A stretch of DNA of 64,000 bases, from assembly GCA_002269645.1 (NCBI GenBank), contig NIVC01000853.1:69419-133418 (forward strand). Direction: 5' to 3'. Both the position numbers and the translations under genes were made by a program. This document shows, piece by piece, positions 11,806-24,690 of the stretch (positions are counted from its first letter, which is position 1; each line of letters begins with the position of its first letter). The notes under the pieces are model-generated. The model saw nothing but the letters and a program-made list of their open reading frames with translations. It made no database searches and was not told the DNA's origin. This DNA is from Macrostomum lignano. Lineage: Eukaryota.

Positions 11806-12344
11806 TTTCGAAACAGGAAAGTATAAAAATAAAAACTAAAGATGAGTAAAATCTACACACAAACAGAGAGCAATGACCCACCATTCTATAATAATAAAAC
11901 GTGCGCGCAGACGAAAGGAGGCTGGTTGAGCGAGAGCATAAATAAAGCAATTACTGCCCTATTAAAATAATGATTTATGACAGTCTCTTAAGCATCATCA
12001 AAGAGGGGGCGGATAATTAAACCGCACGTGGCTAACGACCGGGCCCAGAAAGAAAATAGGCAAGAACCTTCTTCTCTTTGACAAAGAATCGGTCGGTCAG
12101 GGCGGATGGCCAAATAAAATAGACTCCTCCCCTGATCATAAGATGCAGATATTAAACTATACACTGTGCCATTAGGGAAAATTCTGTTTACAGTCCTACG
12201 ACGTAATAATGGTGTATTTACAGCTCAGGGTTATAAAGAATTGCATAGCTAAAACTAATTTTATTAGTGCTCAGCAGTCCACGCAATGCTGAATGCATGA
12301 AACTAGTAGAATTCTAATGTTATGTGAAACTGGAATTTTAACAT

Positions 12345-13165
12345 CATGTGAAGCTGGAATTCTTATGTCATGTGAAGCTGGAATTCTGATGTCATGTGAA
12401 GCTGGAATTCTAATGTCCTGTGAAGCTGGAATTCTGATGTCTTGTGAAGCTGGAGTTCTGATGTCTTGTGAAGCTGGAATTCTGATGTCTTGTGAAGCTG
12501 GAATTCTAATGTCTTGTGAAGCTGGAATTCTAATGTCTTGTGAAGCTGGAATTCTAATGTCTTGTGAAGCTGGAATTCTAATGTCTTGTGAAGCTGGAAT
12601 TCTAATGTCCTGTGAAGCTGGAATTCTGATGTCTTGTGAAGCTGGAATTCTGATGTCATGTGAAGCTGGAATTCTGATGTCATGTGAAGCTGGAATTCTA
12701 ATGTCTTCGGAAGCTGGAATTCTGATGTCTTGTGAAGCTGGAATTCTGATGTCATGTGAAGCTGGAATTCTGATGTCTTGTGAAGCTGGAATTCTGATGT
12801 CCTGTGAAGCTGGAATTCTGATGTCTTGTGAAGCTGGAATTCTAATGTCTTGTGAAGCTGGAATTCTGATGTCTTGTGAAGCTGGAATTCTAATGTCTTG
12901 TGAAGCTGGAATTCTGATGTCATGTGAAGACTGGAATTCTAATGTCCTGTGAAGCTGGAATTCTGATGTCATGTGAAGACTGGAATTCTAATGTCTTGTG
13001 AAGCTGGAATTCTGATGTCATGTGAAGACTGGAATTCTAATGTCCTGTGAAGCTGGAATTCTGATGTCATGTGAAGACTGGAATTCTAATGTCCTGTGAA
13101 GCTGGAATTCTGATGTCATGTGAAGACTGGAATTCTAATGTCCTGTGAAGCTGGAATTCTAATGT
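12345..13165. repeat. 24-bp minisatellite
   Basis: TGTGAAGCTGGAATTCTGATGTCT repeated. Confidence 0.97.
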
Positions 13166-13754
13166 CTAATAATGTATAATGCTGGTCTCCTTGACTAATG
13201 CCTCGTAATTTACAGCTGGTACCACACAAGATATATGCAATGATAAAACGAAGTTTACAGTTTGCAAAGTACACAAAATATATATCTTGGCTACATCTTC
13301 GAGCCCGCATGCCCCCAGATCTCGGATACGGGGTAATTTCCGTCAAAGATAGCTAGTAACGCAGTCCAGTCTGCAGCTGCGTTGGCTCAGCAAGTGAGTC
13401 TGAGAAGCCACTGCGGAAAGATACATCTCGCCATAGAGATACAACAGCCCAGAAAGCGAGAGACAGAGTAACTCGAGAAGCTCAAGCCCGCATTAAAATC
13501 ACGCAGGCAGTATACACACGGGAAAACACTGCAGAAAGGATAAAAGCGAACAGAATGCGCGATCGTACTGAAACAGCTGACTGACTCCAGCATTCATTGG
13601 CCACAGCGCTTTTTTGCCGATTTACGTCACAAGCCGAGGCATTGGCTGCGGGCGGCCTGGATTGCATGCGCAATGCCGAAAAGGGAGAATTATCCCGCAT
13701 CCGAGCTATGTGCGAGGAGAAGGGATGATGGAGCCGGGAGGCTGCGAGAGGGGG

Positions 13755-13762
13755 TATAAAAA
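13755..13762 (+). promoter_or_regulatory. Candidate TATA box
   Basis: ggggTATAAAAAttcc upstream of the ATG at 13862. Motif match only. Confidence 0.35.
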
Positions 13763-13861
13763 TTCCTAAAAATGCTGTTTTAAACCTGCCTGCCTGAAGA
13801 ATCGCTGCTAAACAATCAGAACGCACTTCCCACTGCTCCATTGTAGCTAAGAACTGTAGCA

Positions 13862-13948
13862 ATGCTGCCGGCAAACAATTCAGCTCAGGACAAACAGAAG
13901 GAAACTCTGAATGTTGAGAGTCAAAAGCATACTAGTAGACTGCGCTCG
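13862..13948 (+). CDS. Putative exon 1 of an orphan two-transmembrane protein
   Basis: ATG-initiated open 29 codons (MLPANNSAQDKQKETLNVESQKHTSRLRS) ending exactly at a consensus GTGAGT donor (13949) in phase 0. TATAAAAA lies about 105 nt upstream. Confidence 0.55.
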
Positions 13949-13960
13949 GTGAGTTGCGCG

Positions 13961-14735
13961 GGTGTCTCCATAGCATGACTGACCAACAAAAGCATCTCAG
14001 GAAGGTGTCTCCATAGCATGACTGACAAACAAAAGCATCTCAGGAAGGTGTCTCCATAGCACGACTGACCAACAAAAGCATCTCAGGCGGGTGTCTCCAT
14101 AGCATGACTGACCAACAAAAGCATCTCAGGAAGGTGTCTCCATAGCATGACTGACAAACAAAAGCATCTCAGGCGGGTGTCTCCATAGCATGACTGACCA
14201 ACAAAAGCATCTCAGGAAGGTGTCTCCATAGCATGACTGACAAACAAGAGCATCTCAGGCGGGTGTCTCCATAGAATGACTGACAAACAAGAGCATCTCA
14301 GGCGGGTGTCTCCATAGAATGACTGACAAACAAGAGCATCTCAGGCGGGTGTCTCCATAGAATGACTGACAAACAAGAGCTTCTCAGGCGGGTGTCTCCA
14401 TAGAATGACTGACAAACAAGAGCTTCTCAGGCGGGTGTCTCCATAGAATGACTGACAAACAAGAGCTTCTCAGGCGGGTGTCTCCATAGAATGACTGACA
14501 AACAAGAGCATCTCAGGAAGGTGTCTCCATAGAATGACTGACAAACAAGAGCTTCTCAGGCGGGTGTCTCCATAGAATGACTGACAAACAAGAGCTTCTC
14601 AGGCGGGTGTCTCCATAGAATGACTGACAAACAAGAGCTTCTCAGGCGGGTATCTCCATAGAATGACTGACAAACAAGAGCATCTCAGGAGGGTGTCTCC
14701 ATAGCATGACTGACCAACAAGAGTATCTCAGGAGG
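13961..14735. repeat. 43-bp minisatellite
   Basis: GTGTCTCCATAGCATGACTGACCAACAAAAGCATCTCAGGAAG; starts 13 nt after the GTGAGT donor at 13949. Confidence 0.97.
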
Positions 14736-14824
14736 CTGCCTTCACAACTTGACCGAACCTCCTGACTCAAGAAGAAAAGCTTCTTTTTAGTAATCTTTGC
14801 AAAAAAACCCGTTTATAAAATCAG

Positions 14825-15271
14825 GCAATCGTGTCCACCGGCCGATCGGCGCTGCGATGCCTGCGAGTCGGCGATTCGTCCGTGCAGCTGTCCGACAGCG
14901 ACCGTGAAGAGTTGGTGGTCGCCCATCGCTACCTGTGGATCAGCGCGGCCGTATTAGCTGTATTAATAGTCACCGCCGTGAACCTTTTGCCGAAAAAGTT
15001 CAACTTTCCGATTCACCCGTCAGTAATACTGCTCACTGTGCCGGCATCCGTGTGCATCATCGGCATGGTGACTGGCTGCTGCCTGCACGCCAGAGTCTAC
15101 CAGAGGAACTGCCGACACAGCAGCGGTAGCGGCCACTTTAGTTGCTGCTGCTGCTGCGGCAGAGCCGGCCGAGGAGGCGACAGAGACGGCGGCTACCTGC
15201 TGCAGCCGATGGTACGCGCTGGCGGCGTTGGGCCAAGCGAGACTCAAGAGAGCTTAGCCTTGAACGGTTGA
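14825..15271 (+). CDS. Putative exon 2 of the orphan two-transmembrane, Cys-rich protein (about 177 aa in total)
   Basis: AG at 14823-14824 joins in phase 0 to AIVSTGRS... Two hydrophobic segments (YLWISAAVLAVLIVTAVNLL and SVILLTVPASVCIIGMVTGCCL), a CCCCC run and GC-rich coding-like composition. Family not recognised. Confidence 0.65.
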   Translation, partial: AIVSTGRSALRCLRVGDSSVQLSDSDREELVVAHRYLWISAAVLAVLIVTAVNLLPKKFNFPIHPSVILLTVPASVCIIGMVTGCCLHARVYQRNCRHSSGSGHFSCCCCCGRAGRGGDRDGGYLLQPMVRAGGVGPSETQESLALNG

Positions 15272-15899
15272 GGCTAGACCAAAGACACTGTGACTTTGCA
15301 TTCCACCGACCGTGTGAGCAGTGAAGCAGCCACTTTGTGGTGAAACAGAGTGGACGGCTCGTTCTAGTTTCCGTCGTACCTTACTAAACGGCATGATAAT
15401 TGTTCCATTAAAAGTTAGCAACGGACGCTTTTTCATTTTCATTTTAGCACCCCTTCGTTCGTTTGTAAATTTGTAGTTCTTTGAGTTTCGAAATGGTTTA
15501 TTCCTGAAAATTTCATTTCATTGTTGCGTACGTGTTCGACCTTCGCGTCAACTTGAGCAAAGCATCGCTACGGACAATAGAAAATTATTTTACACTAGCA
15601 ACATAAATGTGTAGCATAGTTGATCTATCAGTGTCAGAGTTACATCTGGTGGAAATATATACATGTACCGTCCATACATCTCTACACAATAGGGCAGTCT
15701 CGTAAACACAGCAAGCAACAATTGGTGCCGAAATGCAGTTGAAAGGAAATCGAAAAAATGGGATCAAGGAAGAGGCACAGTAGCAATAGAAATAATAAAG
15801 AGTGTAGAAACTGAAAATTTCAACAATGCGATTCATTCATTCAGTGTCAGTCATTGTAATACCAGTAGCGTGCTAACTAGTACAGAACCTACGACAGGA

Positions 15900-16210
15900 C
15901 AGGGATTAGAGTAGAAAGGTGTAAAAGTGCAGGGATTAGAGTAGAAAGGTGTAAAAGTGCAGGGATTAGAGTAGAAAGGTGTAAAAGTGCAGGGATTAGA
16001 GTAGAAAGGTGTAAAAGTGCAGGGATTAGAGTAGAAAGGTGTAAAAGTGCAGGGATTAGAGTAGAAAGGTGTAAAAGTGCAGGGATTAGAGTAGAAAGGT
16101 GTAAAAGTGCAGGGATTAGAGTAGAAGCGTGTAAAAGTAAAGGGATTTAATAGAAAGGTAAGAAAGGTTTAAGAGTCCAGGGATTAGAGTAGATAGGTGT
16201 AAAGGTTGTA
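15900..16210. repeat. 30-bp minisatellite
   Basis: CAGGGATTAGAGTAGAAAGGTGTAAAAGTG, about 8 near-perfect copies followed by degenerate ones. Confidence 0.95.
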
Positions 16211-16444
16211 ACTGCAAATTATGCATAGTACACTCACAATAAGAAGGGAGAAATTGATAACCAGCAAAGCAAAGGTGCGACAAGGTGCGATATTGTACAC
16301 AATACTGCATATTGTACACAAAAATTGTCAAACTAAGTACTCGTAAATTAGAGGATTAAAATATTTTGCTTATTAATTGATTAATTTTATCCCGATGCAA
16401 GATTACAGGGACTGATCTAGTATCCCATGATTCAAATCCTGAAC

Positions 16445-17632
16445 CCAATGACCTACATGACCTTGAATTCCTTGACTTAGATGAATCTAAACGCCATGAT
16501 CTACATGACCTGAAATCCCGTGACCTACATACATGACCTGACCTTGAATCCCATGACCTACATACATGACCTGACCTTGAATCCCATGACCTACATACAT
16601 GGCCTTGAATCCCATGACCTACACACATGACCTTGAATCCCATGACCTACATACATGGCCTTGAATCCCTTGACCTACACACATGACCTTGAATCCCTTG
16701 ACCTACATACATGACCTTGAATCCCATGACCTACACACATGACCTTGAGTCCCATGACCTACACACATGACCTTGAATCCCGTGACCTACATACATGACC
16801 TTGAATCCCGTGACCTACATACATGACCTTGAATCCCATGACCTACATACATGACCTTGAATCCCGTGACCTACATACATGACCTTGAGTCCCATGACCT
16901 ACACACATGACCTTGAATCCCGTGACCTACATACATGGCCTTGAATCCCTTGACCTACATACATGACCTTGAATCCCATGACCTACACACATGACCTTGA
17001 ATCCCGTGACCTACATACATGACCTTGAATCCCGTGACCTACATACATGACCTTGAATCCCATGACCTACATACATGACCTTGAATCCCGTGACCTACAT
17101 ACATGACCTTGAGTCCCATGACCTACACACATGACCTTGAATCCCGTGACCTACATACATGACCTTGAGTCCCATGACCTACATACATGACCTTGAGTCC
17201 CATGACCTACATACATGACCTTGAATCCCGTGACCTACATACATGACCTTGAGTCCCATGACCTACACACATGACCTTGAATCCCGTGACCTACATACAT
17301 GACCTTGAGTCCCATGACCTACATACATGACCTTGAGTCCCATGACCTACATACATGACCTTGAATCCCGTGACCTACATACATGACCTTGAGTCCCATG
17401 ACCTACATACATGACCTTGAGTCCCATGACCTACATACATGACCTTGAATCCCGTGACCTACATACATGACCTTGAGTCCCATGACCTACATACATGACC
17501 TTGAGTCCCATGACCACATACATGACCTTGAATCCCATGACCTACATACATGACCTTGAGTCCCATGACCTACACACATGACCTTGAATCCCGTGACCTA
17601 CACACATGACCTTGAGTCCCATGACCACATAC
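16445..17632. repeat. 28-bp minisatellite
   Basis: CATGACCTTGAATCCCATGACCTACATA; the unit contains CATGACCT twice. Confidence 0.97.
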
Positions 17633-18289
17633 ACAATCTACCAATTCAAACCATTAATTCTTACGGCGCAGCATTTCTGACAGAAGATTGTTAAGATCGG
17701 ATAAGCGAATCTCGTGATCCAGCAGGCATAATCAATTTTTCATTTAGCTTTAAAATTGATGCAGCATTTTATACTCCGGGAAAACAAAACCAAACTGGCA
17801 ATAAATCCCCAGCCCGATGGTCAGTGTTTACAGACCGGTGACAGACTGACCGGATAAGCCCCAGCAAAGATAATGCACTCAGATTCGCGAGGTCACGCAA
17901 GTTCAAGGCGCGCAGCGATTAGCCTGTCCACGATTTGGCCTTCCTTCTTTCTCTCTGTCTCTGCTCTTTGTCAAACAAGCTGGCGGACTGTACAGCCGAG
18001 GAGCAAAAAAACACAAGCTGATCCCAGGCCAGGCAGAGCCAGGTGCCTCAAGGCTGACTAGAATGGTAATTACCCTGTTGGCTGCAGCTTACAGGGGATT
18101 CCTGGACAAAATTGCCGGTAGGACAGATAATAACTAGGCAGGCTGGCCAACGCAAAGTGGGCACTGATCTCATGCGGAATGCACAGAACGCATACAGGTG
18201 CTGCACATTTAACCTTAATAAATGCTCAAAAACTATCCAACCTAAAATCTAAAAAACTAAAGATGAAGATGAAGGATATGAAACTGGAT

Positions 18290-18722
18290 TCTGAAGAGCA
18301 TGAAACTGGGTTCTGAATGCCATTAAACTGAAACCTGAAGAGTCTGAAACTGGGTTCTGAATGCCGTTAAACTGAAACCTGAAGAGTCTGAAACTGGGTT
18401 CTGAATGCCGTTAAACTGAAACCTGAAGAGTCTGAAACTGGGTTCTGAATGCCGTTAAACTGAAACCTGAAGAGTCTGAAACTGGGTTCTGAATGCCGTT
18501 AAACTGAAACCTGAAGAGTCTGAAACTGGGTTCTGAATGCCGTTAAACTGAAACCTGAAGAGTCTGAAACTGGGTTCTGAATGCCGTTAAACTGAAACCT
18601 GAATAGCATGAAACTGGGTTCTGAATGCCGTTAAACTGAAACCTGAATAGCATGAAACTGGGTTCTGAATGCCGTTAAACTGAAACCTGAGGAGTCTGAA
18701 ACTGGGTTCTGAATGCCGTTAA
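18290..18722. repeat. 44-bp minisatellite
   Basis: GAAACTGGGTTCTGAATGCCGTTAAACTGAAACCTGAAGAGTCT repeated about 10 times. Confidence 0.95.
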
Positions 18723-19899
18723 AATGAAATTAGTAGTAGGGTATGGTATCATAAACATAAAAATATAAATCTAGGATCTAGAACTAGGATGAATTAGCAT
18801 CTAGGAGCTATCAAATGAAAGTTAGAGAGTTACTAATGTCCTCGTACATGTGTATAAGCCATATGAATTTTTTGTCCGGACGAAGGGAACTTTGATATTG
18901 TTATAAAAATGCGAAAATTTTGAATCTGGAATTCTAATAGATTAAAAATGGTTTGATCTGCTAAATTTATGCGGAATTTAATGAAAAAAAGAAGACTAAA
19001 ATGCAAGCTTAAAAACAGCACTTAGCACACAGCTTGATCTCCCATGTATTTCCTAAATGATTAATCAAACAAGGCTGATTGAAATGCATTTGATCAGAGA
19101 GCTTAAAACGCAGAACAAAAAATGATTTGAGACCGGGGGACCTGAACACATTTAGAATCCGTTAATAAAAATCAAGAAATGCTACTGAGACGGAAAGCAA
19201 GCAGAGTGTGTTGCTTGATTGTTGGGTGTTGCTTGACTTAGGCAAATATTTACCTCAAGGGCCAGAGGAGGGGAGAGGAGAGGAGAGGAGAGGAGAGCTG
19301 AGAAGAGACACAAAACTATTGTGAAGTTTCAAAGGACCCGAGGGCCGGATAGAGAGGCATCCCGGGCGGAATTTGCCGACCCCTGCTCTATGGTGAAGCC
19401 CCATTCAAATAATATCTCCCTAAATCGGTTTAGCAGCCTAGTCCATTATTAATGCATTTTTAAACTCTATTCTCGGGAAACTTGTGCCATTCAAAAGTCT
19501 ATTACGGAACCGGAAATCCTGTCAAAACCAGCAAAATTTGCAACGATTTGCGAGCGGCCTTCTGTTTTGGCTGTCAAACGGTGAGCTCTGCTCTAAACAC
19601 GGAAGATAAACACCGTAAGATCTTCCGATCAAATAGAGTCTGCAGAATCCAGAAATGATAACTAAGGCGCCTTCGATCCGGCTCCGTCTTGGTCGTGACT
19701 GTACTCAAAAAGTTCACTATGTCCTTTTCGCGACTTGGCAGTACTAACTCGAGCTGCATGAATTATCGAGATGGAGATTCAAGCAATAAATGCACCAGAA
19801 TGGCACCAAAATTGACTGTCAATGCCTCTTGATTTGTGCGCCTTTTCGTGCTACAGATACTGAAAGTGAAAGAGGAATGGGAATAGAGGGAAACAGTGG

Positions 19900-20815
19900 T
19901 AGGAGCAGGGATTAGAATGAGTAGAGAGAGTAGAGAGACAGAGTAGAGTGCAAAGGGAGAGTAGAGCGGGAAGGAAAAGTAGAGTACAGACGGAGAGTAG
20001 TGAGTAGAGAAAGTAGAGCGGGGAGGAAGAGTAGAGAGGGTGAGTAGTAGCTAGGGAGAGTGGAGCGGGGAGAGAGAATTGAGAGAGAGTAGATTAGAGG
20101 GAGAGTAGAGTGGAGATGGAGAGTAGAGAGGAGAGGGAGAGTAGAGTAGAGATGGAGAGTAGAGTAGAGGGAGAGTAGAGTAGAGATGGAGAGTAGAGTA
20201 GAGGGAGAGTAGAGTAGAAATGGAGAGTAGAGTAGAGGGAGAGTAGAGTAGGGAGGGAGAGTAGAGTAGGGAGGGAGAGTAGAGTAGAGGGAGAGTAGAG
20301 TAGGGAGGGAGAGTAGAGTAGGGAGGGAGAGTAGAGTAGGGAGGGAGAGTAGAGTAGGGAGGGAGAGTAGAGTAGGGAGGGAGAGTAGAGTAGAGAGGGA
20401 GAGTAGAGTAGAGGGAGAGTAGAGTAGGGAGGGGGAGTAGAGTAGAGTAGAGTAGAGTAGAGAGGGAGAGTAGAGTAGAGGGAGAGTAGAGTAGAGAGGG
20501 AGAGTAGAGTAGAGGGAGAGTAGAGTAGGGAGGGAGAGTAGAGTAGAGTAGAGTAGAGAGGGAGAGTAGAGTAGAGCAAAGTAGAGTAGAGAGGGAGAGT
20601 AGAGTAGAGGGAGAGTAGAGTAGAGGGAGAGTAGAGTAGGGAGGGAGAGTAGAGTAGAGTAGAGTAGAGTAGAGAGGGAGAGTAGAGGGAGAGTAGAGTA
20701 GGGAGGGAGAGTAGAGTAGAGTAGAGTAGAGTAGAGAGGAAGAGTAGAGTAGAGGGAGAGTAGAGTAGGGAGGGAGAGTAGAGTTGAGTAGAGAGGGAGA
20801 GTAGAGTAGAGCAGA
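19900..20815. repeat. Purine-rich (AGAGT)/(GGGAGAGTAGAGTA) low-complexity repeat
   Basis: Almost no C on the plus strand; it produces the spurious LYSTL ORFs. Confidence 0.95.
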
Positions 20816-21758
20816 GAATACACCAGACGGTTAGACAAAGTAGAAGATTGGTGGAATACAATGCAACAGCAAAGGGGGGACTGCACTATATGAGAATAAG
20901 AGCAGAGTACTTGAAAATCGAGCAATCCAGCTAAAACGGCTACAGTATCGAGAGGTGTAAGTGAGTAGCCCGAAGTCAAATGGTCCAAACTACGGCTTCC
21001 GCAGCTTGCTAACTCTAAAGTGCACAGAGCCGCACTAAACCCCAGCCGAACGCACTGCCCCCGTACATGGGAATCAAGTGCAACTAAAAATAAGTACTTA
21101 TTAGCCTTATACAATAGTGTTAAATTAATAAATAAAATTGAAATTTATTCATTTTGAAGCAATTTGATAGGACAATTATTGAGAAAGCGCGTTTAGCTGT
21201 GACTCCTCCTTCGAGCGAGAGCTGTTCAGTTGCATCTGTGTATTTAATTACTGAATTGAGGATTTCAACAGTGGAGTACAAATAATCTGATCAGAGGGTC
21301 CGGGAGACCGAATTGAAAAATGCACAGGCTTGACATGTGGAAGGGGGGACACCAATATTTATTATTATTATTATGCTTACTATATTTATAATACGGTAGT
21401 ATAGGAATAACGTAAATAAACAAATTTGACTAGCAGAAACGAATGTCAAATGTCTGCAATGCGGATAATAAGAAATCAATGGATCAAGCAAAACAATAAT
21501 TAGGCTCCAACATTTTTAATTATAATAAACTCGAAATACGATATAGAATCATCATATTCTATATCGACACAATACATGGAGACAAGCATTTTGCTTACGT
21601 CTTTGATCAGATTAACTTGCACCTTCTATACCACAGTTTATTAAAGACGCAGCTTGGCTCGATAGCAGTACAGGAGATTGCAGCTTGTTTCAATGAGTAA
21701 AATTTAAACTACTCTGATTGCAATGAACTTTGAAAGCCTCCGTGATGCATAACGGTAT

Positions 21759-22138
21759 TAGTGGCGGATCCATGGGGATTAAGACGTGGTTCAGTTTATT
21801 GATAAGCTGCCCTACCAGCCCCACCTCTGCCAGGTGATTCTGTGCCAGCTGCCCTACCAGCCCGCCACCTCTGCCAGGTGATTCTGTGCCAGCTGCCCCA
21901 CCTCTGCCAGGTGATTCTGTGCCAGCTGCCCCACCTCTGTCAGGTGATTCTGTGCCAGCTGCCCCACCTCTGTCAGGTGATTCTGTGCCAGCTGCCCTAC
22001 CTCTGCCAGGTGATTCTGTGCCAGCTGCCCCACCTCTGTCAGGTGATTCTGTGCCAGCTGCCCCACCTCTGTCAGGTGATTCTGTGCCAGCTGCCCCACC
22101 TCCGCCAGGTGATTCTGTGGCACACAGATCCGCCACTA
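21759..22138. mobile_element. Small MITE-like element whose interior is a 33-bp minisatellite
   Basis: Perfect 12-bp inverted ends TAGTGGCGGATC / GATCCGCCACTA. Inside are about 9 copies of CCACCTCTGCCAGGTGATTCTGTGCCAGCTGCC. Confidence 0.7.
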
Positions 22139-22969
22139 CAAAAAGCCTACTGCAACAGCAGAAACAGTCAAACACACACAGAAACTGACAATCAAATTAC
22201 GTACAAACAAAAATACGCCGAACATTGAACTTTCACGACTTTCACAGCGAGCCACTAAAATCTGTCTGTAGTGACGATAAACACAAAAGTACAAAATAGG
22301 ACAAAAACTATTTTAGACTGAATTAGCAATGGACAAACTCTAGTCCAGTAGGTTGGTGTCTACTGTCAGATGAAGATTTGTTGGTCAGTCAGCCAAATTG
22401 AAATCAGAGATTTACAGAAGAGAGGGAGGGGAGGGGGTGAGATCGGGTCCCGCTTAGAGAGAGGGCAATCCGATCAATATAATTTGGGAACGGAGACTTG
22501 TTTGCCCAATCAATAGAAGTTGGTATAAAGCGACAAGACACAGAATTGATGTAGATAGAGATATATAGAGCCTATTGAAATGCCCAATAGGCTACTCTGG
22601 TTCGAATAAAAAGCCGAACTCCCTCGCAGTGCGCACATTTTTCTACAGTTTCAGATCCGACGACCGATGCCTCGACAGCCTAAGTTGGCGGCAGGCACGC
22701 GATGAGGCAGACGGGGACACTAATTATGATTTATGACTTTTTTACCTAGCTTTAAATATAGCAGTTAATATGCGCGCTATCATGGGTACTCGGTGTACAT
22801 TATTTACTTTAACGCAGGTACATGTAATAATTTGAGTATGCAAGCTCTAGCTAAAAGGCTTATCACGTGAAATATCCGCGATATATAGCGGCTGAGCGTG
22901 ATTCTGTCCATTTTATAGACAGATTCAGTCAACTCGTGGCGAGCAAATCCGTTAGTAAAGTCTAAGCAA

Positions 22970-23310
22970 ATTCACGGGAAGTCCATGTACAAGACTAATG
23001 GCAAATTCACATATTCACCAACAGTAATGGGAGATTCACTGGAAAACATATAAATTCACGGGAAACCCAAATAGATTCACGGGAAACCTATATAGATTCA
23101 CGGGAAATCCTTACACTAGATTCACGTGAAATCTATATAGATTCACGGGAAATCCATATAGATTCACGGGAAATCCATACAGATTCACGGGAACTCCACA
23201 TAAATTCACAGGAAATACATACACAATATTCACGGGAATCCATATAGATTCACGGGAACTCCACATAAATTCACGGGAATCCATGTATACATACGGGAAA
23301 TCGGCTAGAT
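22970..23310. repeat. Degenerate 21-bp repeat (ATTCACGGGAAATCCATATAG)
   Basis: Lies immediately 3' of the NKRF-like stop codon. Confidence 0.85.
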
Positions 23311-23341
23311 TCATAATAATGTCATTATTTGTGTCAATGTG

Positions 23342-23812
23342 TCAGCGCAACGCGGCCGCAGTCTCGCGCAGTCGGCCAGGCGCCGGGATCAGCCTGTACC
23401 GATCGCAGTCACCGAAACGAACCAGCGCCGGCACCAGGGTGGCGGCTGACAACGGCTTAGCAACCAGAGCCAGCGCTGGCTCGCCGCAGCCGCCGCCGCC
23501 GCAGGGCACAGTCTCCCGCACCAGCCGCAGCTCCATAGCCGCCCTATACAGCAGCAGCCGCTCTGGCCGCTGCAGGCCGCAGAACACAAGCGGACTGGCC
23601 ACCGCCGCGTGTCCGGCGTAGGCGGCTAAAAACCGGTCAAACACGGTGGCCAGATCGGCCGAGGCTGGCAGGCCCAGGTGTCCGGCGGCGGACCGGGCGC
23701 TGACAAACATTGGCCGATCGCAGGGCGGCGGCCGGTCAAAGTTCACTGGCTGTTCGGCCAGGGCCAGAAATTGGTCAGGATTCGAACGCCAGACCTCATC
23801 GGTGCGGGTCAC
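23342..23812 (-). CDS. NKRF: NKRF-like terminal exon (degenerate G-patch remnant plus R3H-like domain)
   Basis: Acceptor ggcgcAG, phase 0. LQRPERLLLYRAAMELRL is an R3H-like helix in the position of the NKRF R3H domain. TGA stop at 23344-23342. The four exons total 2004 nt (667 aa). Confidence 0.7.
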   Translation of the reverse strand: MTRTDEVWRSNPDQFLALAEQPVNFDRPPPCDRPMFVSARSAAGHLGLPASADLATVFDRFLAAYAGHAAVASPLVFCGLQRPERLLLYRAAMELRLVRETVPCGGGGCGEPALALVAKPLSAATLVPALVRFGDCDRYRLIPAPGRLRETAAALR

Positions 23813-23956
23813 CTGCGCCAGTGAGTTGTTGGAGTGCAGAGCTAACTAGGCCGGCACTGACTAAGCCTTCAAACTCTACCTGTCAATCAAGTCTGAATTA
23901 AGTGAAATCATTCTGGAGCTAAACAGCAGTCAGGTCCCGCTTTCTACGCATACTCT

Positions 23957-24138
23957 TGAGCAGCAGCAAAGTCCCGATCACTCAGCCAAATCGAGCAGCA
24001 AAGTCCCGATCACTCAGCCAAATCGAGCAGCAAAGTCCCGATCACTCAGCCAAATCGAGCAGCAAAGTCCCGATCACTCAGCCAAATCGAGCAGCAAAGT
24101 CCCGATCACTCAGCCAAATCGAGCAGCAAAGTCCCGAA
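23957..24138. repeat. 32-bp minisatellite
   Basis: CGAGCAGCAAAGTCCCGATCACTCAGCCAAAT; starts 14 nt inside the donor at 24152. Confidence 0.95.
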
Positions 24139-24152
24139 TTCAAAAAGCTTAC

Positions 24153-24273
24153 CAATACTAGAGGGTACTTGGCTTGAACATCTTGAAGCATCTGTTCGGC
24201 CGCGGCATTTTTTGCGTCGGGCCGACTGTTTCGAGTCACAGCAATAGTATAGTCGCCTAGAGACAATGTGCAC
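24153..24273 (-). CDS. NKRF: NKRF-like exon 3 (C-terminal half of a dsRBD-like domain)
   Basis: CTLSLGDYTIAVTRNSRPDAKNAAAEQMLQDVQAKYPLVL fits the dsRBD beta-beta-alpha pattern. Acceptor atttccAG, donor GTAAGC; 121 nt, phase 2 to phase 0. Confidence 0.8.
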
Positions 24274-24581
24274 CTGGAAATGGGAAAGTGCAAGGCCAGT
24301 CCTAAAGCCTAAGTCTATTGCTACCTGACTTTTAATTTTGTCTGCAGAACCCACGTTGCAGCTAAAAAATGAATTTCCCGACTTTCCGGTCAGATGAAGA
24401 GCAGAATTAATTAATTTTATTCGATCATATTTTCTCTTTTGACGGCAAAGCGACGCGATGAATAAAAAATAATTTAATTTACAATCGAATGAGCAACAGA
24501 GCGAATTGGATTCAAAGCTCATTGATAGCTTCATGTGTGTCTTACACAATAGCTCAGTAATTGAGAACCGGCTCAGGAGAC

Positions 24582-24690
<109 letters not shown>

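Noticed and set aside
17630-21700. Hidden exons between the arrays at 16-22 kb
   Set aside because: Short ORFs exist (e.g. 19574-19759), but I found no recognisable homology or phase-consistent splice chain.
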